64,000 nt of DNA from Nitrospirota bacterium. Lineage in GTDB: Bacteria > Nitrospirota > UBA9217. The notes beneath the pieces were generated by a model, which had not been told where the DNA came from, ran no database searches, and saw nothing but the letters and a program-made list of their open reading frames with translations. The stretch is from assembly GCA_963790205.1 (NCBI GenBank), contig CAWBNQ010000001.1, positions 704,001 through 768,000 of the forward strand. Reading direction: 5' to 3'. The translations under genes and the position numbers were made by a program. This document shows, piece by piece, positions 1-7,881 of the stretch (the first letter of the stretch is position 1; each line of letters starts with the position of its first letter).

Positions 1-261
1 TAGTTTCTCCGAAGCACAGTATCCGGAGACTTTTGCAACAAATTCTGCTGTAAGGGCCCGATAACCGCGGCTGCCCGGCACATATTCTATCATGTCTTTT
101 GCAAGGAATACTTGTCGCACTAGAAGCCGAGTACCCCGCGCCGTTTCAGATATGCCTGCCGTAATAATCGCTCCGTGTTCATCGTCGTCACCTGGAAACA
201 AGTGGTCGAACAACTCGCGATACAATGGTAGTGGAATCGTCAGCGATAATGGAAGTTTCAT
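1..261 (-). CDS. Partial gene (runs off left edge): JAB/MPN-like N-terminal region, probably of a JAB + ThiF/E1 fusion
   Basis: Not in the ORF track. Manual translation from ATG at 261: MKLPLSLTIPLPLYRELFDHLFPGDDDEHGAIITAGISETARGTRLLVRQVFLAKD..., open to the edge. SD GGAG lies just after the E2 stop. HLFPGDxDEHGA resembles the N-termini of JAB-E1 fusions in Ubl operons. The E1 part is not visible. Confidence 0.6.
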   Translation of the reverse strand, partial: MKLPLSLTIPLPLYRELFDHLFPGDDDEHGAIITAGISETARGTRLLVRQVFLAKDMIEYVPGSRGYRALTAEFVAKVSGYCASEKL

Positions 262-271
262 AGTCGTCTCC

Positions 272-652
272 TTATTGTACGTTCAACCATTCCAAAACCT
301 TCGCCAGCTTGAAAGCGGCCGTGTCGACGGCCGGGTTCAGGCGATTGGATCTTCTAGAAATCTGCCAGACTTCCTTGTTGCGCCATGTTGTTGAGGAGAT
401 TCCCCCGCCGTACTGACTACCGTCTGTCCGGCGAACTGCCCGGTCAAAAAAGTGAGGATACACATCGGAGCGCGGATACTGAAAGTCGATCAGGAATCCC
501 ATCCAGTTCTTGGACGGAGTAAACTTTCCACCGAAGTCGAGGTCATGAACAATAACATACGCCCCGCCTTGAGGTTCACTTTCTGTCTCGATCGTGGACC
601 CCGGAAAGTAGCATTTTATTTCCTCAATTGCTTGCTCTACCTCCGGTGTCAT
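272..652 (-). CDS. Prokaryotic E2/UBC-like protein (family E-like)
   Basis: GFLIDFQYPRSDVYPHF and WQISRRSNRLNP motifs. Start overlaps the Ubl stop (ATGA). Confidence 0.75.
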   Translation of the reverse strand: MTPEVEQAIEEIKCYFPGSTIETESEPQGGAYVIVHDLDFGGKFTPSKNWMGFLIDFQYPRSDVYPHFFDRAVRRTDGSQYGGGISSTTWRNKEVWQISRRSNRLNPAVDTAAFKLAKVLEWLNVQ

Positions 653-942
653 ATGAAGCCTCCGCTGTTATCATCAGTCGTCACCGCCCGGAAACGTTCA
701 CCCTCATGCAGGGCTTCTGTCTCGTCATCCCTGACCTGTTTCAAGTTGTTGCCCGGATTTACTCTGAAGAGGTTGAAATCCTTCTGGATCGGCGCCCCCT
801 GGGCTATCGCTGCGTCCTTGATCTCCATGCCGGTTGCCTTGTGTCCCTGGATGGTAACGCTGTATTTCTCGTTGACGATGATCGTGGTTGTCTTCGCCCC
901 ATGCCCTTCTACTTTTTCCTTCTCCTTCACTGTCTGGTCCAT
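649..942 (-). CDS. Ubiquitin-like (multiubiquitin-type beta-grasp) protein
   Basis: 97 aa with pattern TIIVN...ATGMEIKDAA...FNLF...VRDDE..LHEGERF, ending DDNSGGFI. Directly upstream of the E2. Confidence 0.75.
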   Translation of the reverse strand: MDQTVKEKEKVEGHGAKTTTIIVNEKYSVTIQGHKATGMEIKDAAIAQGAPIQKDFNLFRVNPGNNLKQVRDDETEALHEGERFRAVTTDDNSGGFI

Positions 943-1026
943 CTTTCATCTCCTTTGGGCTTCCAATGCCCTGTTGGTGGAATACGTAGGGCCATAGCCG
1001 TACGTTGCACAATTGCTACTGTGCTA

Positions 1027-1055
1027 AGTATAGCACACAAGGGGAAGTGTTGCAA
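1027..1055 (-). promoter_or_regulatory. sigma70-type promoter of the Ubl-E2-JAB operon
   Basis: Minus strand TTGCAA (1055-1050), 17-bp spacer, TATACT (1032-1027), with TGn extended -10. Confidence 0.6.
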
Positions 1056-1068
1056 GTAAAAAACAGTG

Positions 1069-1097
1069 TTGCATATGAAACAGTCATATGCTATATT
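1069..1097 (+). promoter_or_regulatory. sigma70-type promoter of the HTH-peptidase-kinase-TPR operon
   Basis: TTGCAT (1069-1074), 17-bp spacer, TATATT (1092-1097), with TGn extension. The -35 lies inside the palindrome TGTTGCATATGAAACA (1067-1082). Confidence 0.6.
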
Positions 1098-1123
1098 TCA
1101 ATAAAAAGGGGAGGTGAAATACC

Positions 1124-1501
1124 ATGACAACACGCGCTACAATGGCTCACCTGAGCGCATTGATCAAAACAAAAAGAAAAAATGAAGACATTGGATTAAG
1201 AACGGCTGCCGATCAAGCCCACGTGAGTGCATCTACTTTATCGAGGTTGGAACGAGGAATATCACCGTCACTGCCTGATTTTGATACAATCACTAACCTA
1301 GCTAAATGGCTCGATATCCCTGTTAGCTCTATTCTTAGTGAAAAGGAAACCCCAAAAAAAAAGAATGCACCCTCATTTGAAACGCCAGAGCAAATAGAAG
1401 TCTATCTTCGTGCAGACAAAAACCTCACTCCGGAAACAGCAGGTGCACTATACAAATCATTCAGAATTCTGTATGATCAGTTCACAACTAAAAGAAAGTA
1501 A
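1124..1501 (+). CDS. XRE-family HTH transcriptional regulator (CapH/ImmR-like)
   Basis: LRTAADQAHVSASTLSRLERG HTH. Strong SD GGAGGTG. Confidence 0.85.
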   Translation: MTTRATMAHLSALIKTKRKNEDIGLRTAADQAHVSASTLSRLERGISPSLPDFDTITNLAKWLDIPVSSILSEKETPKKKNAPSFETPEQIEVYLRADKNLTPETAGALYKSFRILYDQFTTKRK

Positions 1502-1529
1502 GAAATAATATTTTTACGGGAGATTCTGG

Positions 1530-2087
1530 TTGGGTAAATCAAATTATCCAAAATGGGTTGAAATACAAGGATATTACCTTCGACAACACCTGCGGTTATC
1601 GTCTTATGATACGCTCGACCATTTAGCTCTTGCTCAGGCAATGAAGGTAAAGATTCTTTCGATTAAGGATGTTTCTGCTATTCCTGCGACTATCGTCTCG
1701 CACTTATTGTCAAATGATCGTTGCAGTTGGTCGGCTGGATGCTTGCGACTTCCTGAGGGGAACGAATTACGCGCGGTGATCCTTTATAATCCAACTCACG
1801 CAATTACTCGACAACGAGCAACAATTATGGAGGAGTTGTCCCATCTTCATTTGAAGCACAAAGGCAGCAAGCTTACAAGAACGGATGGAGGATCAGGTTT
1901 CCGTAGTTATAATAAAAGCGAGGAAAGTCAGGCATACTTCGTGGGTGCGGCAGCATTATTGCCAGTCGAAGTGCTGAAAAAAGCCCGCGTAGAGCGAACA
2001 TTACGATATGAGGTGGCCAGCAAGTGCGTTGTAAGTGAGGATCTTGTTCTCTTTCGCGAAAAGATAACCGGCGTAAGACTATCATAA
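1530..2087 (+). CDS. ImmA/IrrE (CapP-like) metallopeptidase-fold protein
   Basis: ILYNPTH..TRQRATIMEELSH...EESQAYFVGAAALLP. HExxH appears as EExxH. Follows the HTH gene; TTG start. Confidence 0.8.
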   Translation: MGKSNYPKWVEIQGYYLRQHLRLSSYDTLDHLALAQAMKVKILSIKDVSAIPATIVSHLLSNDRCSWSAGCLRLPEGNELRAVILYNPTHAITRQRATIMEELSHLHLKHKGSKLTRTDGGSGFRSYNKSEESQAYFVGAAALLPVEVLKKARVERTLRYEVASKCVVSEDLVLFREKITGVRLS

Positions 2088-2137
2088 CCATGGGGAGAGA
2101 CGGCTGATTTAGAGCCCGTTCATGAAAAGGGGCAATT

Positions 2138-3181
2138 ATGAATAGTGTGCCTTTGGCTTCAAGATTAGAAGGCAAGCGAGTTGGCGATTGGGATGTGATA
2201 GATAAAAGAGAAAAAAACAAGCAAGATAACAGCGGTGCTTTTTCGAGCTGCTACCTTGTCGAAAATGTCGTCAATGGCACGCTTGGTTTCTTAAAGGCGT
2301 TTAATTATTTATATGCTTTCAATGCAACAGGAAGAAAGGGTCAATCAGCCGATATCTTAAAGGAAATAACAAGTGATTTTATTTATGAAAGAGAACTCTT
2401 AGAGTTTTGTAAAGAAAATAGAATGCAGCGCGTAGTAACAGCCCTCGATCATGGCGAGTATACTGAAACGGGCGAACATTTCCCTGTTCCCTATCTAGTC
2501 TTCGAGACGGCAGATGGCAGTTTGAAAAATGTTAAGACGCTCAAAAATCCGAGCTTGGCATGGAAGCTTCGAGCTTTTCATGGGAGTTTGGTCGGCCTAC
2601 AACAGCTTCATAATAAAAATATCGCACATCAAGATATTAAACCTTCCAATATCCTAATATTTGGAGATACTATTTCTAAATTATCTGATCTCGGTAATGC
2701 AACTCAAATGCTAAACGAGTCTCCCAAATGGAGCAAGCAAGAATGTTGCGGCGACATGCGGTATGCCCCGATAGAGCTGCTGTACGGGCATTTCAGTACA
2801 GATTGGGACACACGACGATACGGTGCCGATCTTTTTATGATGGGTGGTATTATCACCTTCCTTTTGACGGATAGTAACTTCTTATGGATCACGCTCAACA
2901 ATTTACCCGAGGAGTTTAGGCCAGTAAAGTTTGGCGGTACTTTTGAGCAAGCAAAGCCCCATCTCATAGAGGCGTACTACAAGACGCTTAAGATCATCGA
3001 AAAGACCTTACCTGCGAACATAAAAAATGAATTGATGGAAGTAGTTGCTCAACTTTGTCATCCAGTACCCGAAGAACGCGGCAATCCCAAAAACATTTAC
3101 ACAAGTGTTACGCAGTATTCTTTGCAGCGTTACATTTCAAAAACTGATAGATTAGCCAAGATAATAGAATTTGAGAAATAA
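2138..3181 (+). CDS. Hanks-type Ser/Thr protein kinase
   Basis: SGAFSSCY loop, FLKA lysine, HQDIKPSN catalytic loop, DLG, YAPIE, DLFMMG. Confidence 0.9.
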   Translation: MNSVPLASRLEGKRVGDWDVIDKREKNKQDNSGAFSSCYLVENVVNGTLGFLKAFNYLYAFNATGRKGQSADILKEITSDFIYERELLEFCKENRMQRVVTALDHGEYTETGEHFPVPYLVFETADGSLKNVKTLKNPSLAWKLRAFHGSLVGLQQLHNKNIAHQDIKPSNILIFGDTISKLSDLGNATQMLNESPKWSKQECCGDMRYAPIELLYGHFSTDWDTRRYGADLFMMGGIITFLLTDSNFLWITLNNLPEEFRPVKFGGTFEQAKPHLIEAYYKTLKIIEKTLPANIKNELMEVVAQLCHPVPEERGNPKNIYTSVTQYSLQRYISKTDRLAKIIEFEK

Positions 3182-3184
3182 AAG

Positions 3185-4696
3185 ATGAATGATACACAGA
3201 ATACACAACGAGCACATGTCGTGCCGAAGTGGGCAGGTTTTTCAAAAGCCTCAAAGAAAGGCGAACTCCTTGTTCCCAGAAAGAAGTCATTTGCAATTAA
3301 TGCATATACTATCGGGAAAATTGACGCTGAGTATCGGGAGTATAAGCAATCACCTTCTATTGAAAATGCAATGTCTTTATTGGGGTCAGCTCTAATAACA
3401 GCAAATGCATCTCTTGCTCATGATACTGCGAGTTTCCTTAAAAGTAAGAAAAATGTAAGCAAAACGGCAATGGATTTTGCGGATAAGATTCTTCATCCTG
3501 GCAAGAATGATGAATCTGACTTTGAAACAGCTCTGCAAATAACGAAGATCAAGGAATGGCTGAATAAGTATCCTAAGAGTGCACTTCACTGGATCGAATT
3601 GGCACGTTTGTATACAATTAGTGGTCAACATGATAAAGCTAAAAGGGCAGCAGTGATCGCTCTAAATCTAGCACCGTTTGACCGTTACGTTGTGCGCTGT
3701 GGTGTGCGATTTTTTATCCACATACTAGACTTTGATTCTGCTTGGCATTACATCCATAAAGCAAATAGTCATGCTAGGGATCCCTGGTTAAAAGCCACAG
3801 AGATGAATGTTGCTCTTATAGCAGACAAGGGTACGCCTTCCTTTAGAAGACTTCTTCCGCAAGGCCTTAGTGGAATTGATTTGTTCCATTATTCGGAGCT
3901 CTTCGAAAGCTGCGGGATTTTAGAGCTTCGCAATGGCAAAGCTAAAGAAGCTAAAAAGCTATTTAAAACGGCTTGGACAACACCCTGTGAAACTGTGATT
4001 ACTCATGGCGAGTGGGTAATTCGGAATAAGTTTCCCGGGCTCAGAGAAAATAGCAATCTACAATATGAGAGAAGTTCCGAGGCTCTAACTTGGATAAAAT
4101 ATTTTGATCTGGATCTAACGGGTGCTCTTTCGACAGCTAGGGACTGGGAACTAGAGGAACCCTATTCCCGGGGGCCATTTGTATTAGGCGCAAGCATAGC
4201 ATGTTGTGCAGAATTGCCTGGCATGGCGATAGAAATCGCACAGCGAGGTCTAAAGGCAAATCCCGATGATCCGAAGATACTAAATAACTTGTGCTATGCA
4301 TTTCTAAGGGCCGGACGTATTTCTGAGGCGGAGAATGAATTCAAAAAATATGTACCTTTGGAAAATGATGAATCAAAAATATTTTACTTGGCCACTAAAG
4401 GGCTCCTGGAAATAAAACAAGGCAATTTGTCAATTGGCAGAAACCATTATCTTGAATCTATTAGATTATGCAAGTTGCAGGGGGATCGGGATTTGGTCGC
4501 AAAAGCATATCTTAATTTGGCTCTTGCCGAGTTGGAGGCTTTAACACTCGATGCAACAAAAACGGTTCAATTAGCGCTGTCTGTATCGGAAGGGTCTAAC
4601 CAGCCTGACGTTAGAATGTTAAGGAAGCAAATAACAAAAAATCTTAATGAAGGCGCGATTAAGAGAAGTAAAGCCGCTCGTACGAAAAGCAAATAA
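3185..4696 (+). CDS. TPR-repeat protein
   Basis: Helical repeats (WIELARLYTISGQHDKAKRA; LNNLCYAFLRAGRISEAE). Starts 3 bp after the kinase stop. Confidence 0.75.
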   Translation: MNDTQNTQRAHVVPKWAGFSKASKKGELLVPRKKSFAINAYTIGKIDAEYREYKQSPSIENAMSLLGSALITANASLAHDTASFLKSKKNVSKTAMDFADKILHPGKNDESDFETALQITKIKEWLNKYPKSALHWIELARLYTISGQHDKAKRAAVIALNLAPFDRYVVRCGVRFFIHILDFDSAWHYIHKANSHARDPWLKATEMNVALIADKGTPSFRRLLPQGLSGIDLFHYSELFESCGILELRNGKAKEAKKLFKTAWTTPCETVITHGEWVIRNKFPGLRENSNLQYERSSEALTWIKYFDLDLTGALSTARDWELEEPYSRGPFVLGASIACCAELPGMAIEIAQRGLKANPDDPKILNNLCYAFLRAGRISEAENEFKKYVPLENDESKIFYLATKGLLEIKQGNLSIGRNHYLESIRLCKLQGDRDLVAKAYLNLALAELEALTLDATKTVQLALSVSEGSNQPDVRMLRKQITKNLNEGAIKRSKAARTKSK

Positions 4697-4821
4697 AGTA
4701 CACCGAATAGACGTAGGCCTGCTAGGCATCGTAGCCCGACTGAACAACCGCCACGATCTCCACATATTTCTCAGTATTGATGACTAACCTTAGTCCTAAA
4801 CTAGCGCTTATATCCTACACT

Positions 4822-5208
4822 TCAATGGAATAGAACGTCGAATTCACCGTAGAAGACCTGCTCCCAGGGGCCGAAGTCGAGCTTGCCGCTCGTGACGGCT
4901 ACGACGACCTCGCGGCCCATGACGGAGCGTTTCAAGTGCGCGTCCGCGTTGTCTTCGCCGCTGTTATGGCGGTACTGGGAGACCGGCTCGTGCGGCGCGA
5001 GCTTTTCGAGCCAGACCTCGAAATCGCCGAGGAGGCCGCGCTCGTCGTCGTTGATGAACACCGAGGCCGTGATGTGCATGGCGTTTACGAGGACCAGGCC
5101 CTCCTGAACGCCGCTCTCCCGCAGGCAGTCCTCGACCTGGGGCGTGATGTTGACGAAGCCCCGGCGGGAAGGGACGTTGAACCAGAGTTCTTTGCGGAAG
5201 CTCTTCAT
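4822..5208 (-). CDS. yjbQ: YjbQ/UPF0047 family protein with replaced C-terminus
   Basis: HITAS, NADAHLK and [12 protein letters not shown] motifs. Ends VLFH* instead of the usual G-R-x-R/K...beta-strand tail. Confidence 0.85.
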   Translation of the reverse strand: MKSFRKELWFNVPSRRGFVNITPQVEDCLRESGVQEGLVLVNAMHITASVFINDDERGLLGDFEVWLEKLAPHEPVSQYRHNSGEDNADAHLKRSVMGREVVVAVTSGKLDFGPWEQVFYGEFDVLFH

Positions 5209-5231
5209 CTATGAAACTCTTTTGCCAAGCG

Positions 5232-5473
5232 GTCACAGAGAGCACAGAGGATGCGCGGGAAAACAATCCACAGATTTCGCAGATGACGTAGATTAATCAT
5301 AATAACAAAAATCAGGACATGTTGTTCTTTAACTTGCAATTCCCCGTAGCTTGCTACGGGGTCACCTTATAGAGGGAAGAGTTTGAGAAACCGCAGCTTG
5401 CTGCGGGGAGGTTCATTCTAAAAAATCTGTGGATTATGTATTGTCCTTCTCTGTGACTCCGTGTCTCTGTGGT
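5232..5473. repeat. Nested inverted repeats
   Basis: GTCACAGAGA (5232-5241) pairs with TCTCTGTGAC (5448-5457). AATCCACAGATTT (5265-5277) pairs with AAATCTGTGGATT (5423-5435). Confidence 0.75.
5334..5416 (+). mobile_element. IS200/IS605-like non-autonomous mini-element (two subterminal hairpins)
   Basis: Hairpins CCCCGTAGC-TT-GCTACGGGG (5342-5361) and CCGCAGC-TT-GCTGCGG (5391-5406), followed by GGAGGTTCAT. Confidence 0.5.
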
Positions 5474-5483
5474 GGATTTTGTT

Positions 5484-7742
5484 TTACGCGAACTTTACTG
5501 CCTTCACCGCTTTAAAGCCAACCGAACCGCGGGTCATGACGCCGTAATGCTTGAGATCGATGACTTTCTCCTTGCCCTTCTCGTCGATCACTTTCACCTG
5601 CTCGCCTTTTTGCACTGCCCTAAAGAGCGTCACGTCGCCTTTCTTTACGTTCACGAGCTTCACTCCTTTGCCCGCGCCGGAGAGGAACGGAATATCCTTG
5701 GCCGCGACTACGACCGCTTTGCCCTCGCTGGTAAGGAGCAGCACATTGGGCAAATCGAGAATGTCCACGCCCATGATGCTGTCCCCGGTTTTTACGCCGG
5801 CAAATTTCTTTCCGGCGCGCGTTGTGACGGAATTGAACTGACCAAGGTCGAATTTAAAACCGATGCCCTTTGCCGAAACGGAGACGGCCGTCACCTCGCG
5901 GGGGGCGAGTGAGAGCTCGGCCTGTTTGCCTTTTTCCTCCTCACCAGGAGCGCCCGCAAATACCGTGGCAAGGTTCATGGCCGTGACCGGCCGTTCGCCG
6001 TCGCCGAACTTGAACAGATGTTGCACGGGCTCGCCGAACCCGGAGCCCGCGGGCAGGTCGTTCGCTTTCGTAACATACACCTTGCCGGCTGAGGAGAAGA
6101 CCGCGATATTGTCCCTGGTGTTCGCGGGGAGCAAGGCGAGGAGGTCGTCGCCTTCCTTGAACCGGAGGTTCTCGCCAACGGTCTTGACCCTCCTGATCCA
6201 ACCCATCTTCGTCAGGATCACGGTAACGTCCTCGTGGACGATAAAGTCATCATGCGAGAACTCCACGTCCTCGGCCGCCTTCATCACGGACTTGCGCTTG
6301 TCGCCGTACTTCTCCTTGATCTCGAGGAGCTCGGTCTTGATCAGGCCCCAGATCTTTTTCTGGCTTGCAAGAATCGCCTCGATCTCCTTTTTCGACTTCG
6401 TCTTCTCCGCCTTCTCTTTCAGAATGCGGTCGATCTCAAGGCCCACGAGCTTGTACAGCTGCATCTCGAGGATGGCCTTCACCTGTTCGTCGTCGAGCTT
6501 AAAATGTTTTTTGAGTTTCGCGGCCGCGTCCTCGCGCGATTGCGCCTTGCGGATGATCTTGATCGCCGTATCGAGGTCGTCATAGAGAACTTCGAAGGCT
6601 TTCAGGATGTGCAGCCTGGCCTTAAGCAGTTTCAGGTCATAGTTCAGGCGTTTGGTCGTGATCTCGTGCCTGAAATCGAGAAAATGCCGCATGATCTCCT
6701 TGAGCGGCAGGCGTTCGGGTTCCATGTTCGGCTTCAAGGCGGTGAAGTTCATCGGAAAGTTCGATTCGAAGTCCGTGTGTTTGAAGATATAAGCGGTCAC
6801 GAGGTCGGGATTCGCCTCGGTCTTGAGCTCGAGCACGACGCGGATCACGTCGGTAGATTCGTCCCTTACCGCCGATACCTGCGGCAGCTTTTTTTCCTCC
6901 ATCAGGCCGATGAGCTTCTCAAGCAGCTTCGCCTTGTTCACCATATAAGGAATGGAGGTGAACACGATCGCCTGCCTGCCGCGGGGGAGGTCCTCGAGCG
7001 TGTACTCGCCGCGGACCCTGATGGAGCCGCTGCCGGTCTGGTAGATCTCCTTCAGCTCTTTTTTGGAGTTCAGGATCTGGCCGCCGGTCGGGAAGTCCGG
7101 GCCTTTGATGAATTTCAGGAGGTCCTTCACTTCGATATTGGAGTTATCGATCATGGCCGCAAGCCCGTCGATCACCTCGCCGATGTTATGCGGCGCAAAG
7201 GAGCAGCTCATGCCCACGGCGATGCCCGACGACCCGTTCACCAGGAGCTGTGGAAAGCGCGCCGGAAGCACGACCGGTTCCTTGAGCGAATTGTCGTAGT
7301 TCGGCCGGAAGCCCACGGTCTCCTTGTCGATCTCGACCAGAAGCTCCTCGGCGATTTTTGAGAGCCGCGCCTCAGTGTAGCGCATGGCCGCTGCCGGGTC
7401 TCCGTCGAGGCTGCCGAAATTGCCCGACCCCTCGACCAGGGGATAGCGGAGCGAGAAATCCTGGGCCATCCTGACCATGGCGTCGTAGGCCGCCTGGTCG
7501 CCGTGGGGATGAAATTTTCCGAGCACCTCTCCAACCACCGCCGCGCTCTTTCTGAATCTCGCCGTGGGACCGAGGCCCATCTCCCACATGGCGAAGAGGA
7601 TCCGCCGGTGTACGGGCTTGAGCCCGTCGCGCACGTCCGGCAGGGAGCGGGACACGATGGTGGAGAGCGCATAGGTGAGGAACCGGCTCTCGACCTCCGC
7701 ATGGAGCGCAGTGGTTAAAACAGTATCCTCTTTCATCGTCAT
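5484..7742 (-). CDS. Type IIA DNA topoisomerase subunit A (ParC-like; GyrA family)
   Basis: [21 protein letters not shown] catalytic Tyr. Short CTD without a canonical GyrA box. Confidence 0.9.
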   Translation of the reverse strand: MTMKEDTVLTTALHAEVESRFLTYALSTIVSRSLPDVRDGLKPVHRRILFAMWEMGLGPTARFRKSAAVVGEVLGKFHPHGDQAAYDAMVRMAQDFSLRYPLVEGSGNFGSLDGDPAAAMRYTEARLSKIAEELLVEIDKETVGFRPNYDNSLKEPVVLPARFPQLLVNGSSGIAVGMSCSFAPHNIGEVIDGLAAMIDNSNIEVKDLLKFIKGPDFPTGGQILNSKKELKEIYQTGSGSIRVRGEYTLEDLPRGRQAIVFTSIPYMVNKAKLLEKLIGLMEEKKLPQVSAVRDESTDVIRVVLELKTEANPDLVTAYIFKHTDFESNFPMNFTALKPNMEPERLPLKEIMRHFLDFRHEITTKRLNYDLKLLKARLHILKAFEVLYDDLDTAIKIIRKAQSREDAAAKLKKHFKLDDEQVKAILEMQLYKLVGLEIDRILKEKAEKTKSKKEIEAILASQKKIWGLIKTELLEIKEKYGDKRKSVMKAAEDVEFSHDDFIVHEDVTVILTKMGWIRRVKTVGENLRFKEGDDLLALLPANTRDNIAVFSSAGKVYVTKANDLPAGSGFGEPVQHLFKFGDGERPVTAMNLATVFAGAPGEEEKGKQAELSLAPREVTAVSVSAKGIGFKFDLGQFNSVTTRAGKKFAGVKTGDSIMGVDILDLPNVLLLTSEGKAVVVAAKDIPFLSGAGKGVKLVNVKKGDVTLFRAVQKGEQVKVIDEKGKEKVIDLKHYGVMTRGSVGFKAVKAVKFA

Positions 7743-7881
7743 AGGTGACCCCTTTCTTTCATGAGCGCGCACCAGCAAAAGAACCCTTCTGCGCCTGGTT
7801 GATTTAATCCGGCCCGTATATTACCATAAAAAGATCGCCTTTTTCAAAGTAAGTTTAAAAAAATAGTTGTATACTGAAAAA

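Larger units (their letters stand above)
1..4836. mobile_element. Right part of a putative genomic (defence) island
   Basis: Visibly AT-richer than the flank, with an abrupt junction inside the yjbQ 3' end. No integrase within the window. Confidence 0.6.

Noticed and set aside
1..4696. CBASS or Pycsar call for the E2/JAB genes
   Set aside because: No nucleotide cyclase is visible, and a free-standing Ubl with a Cys-less E2 fits a Bub-like system better. The part beyond the window edge is unknown.
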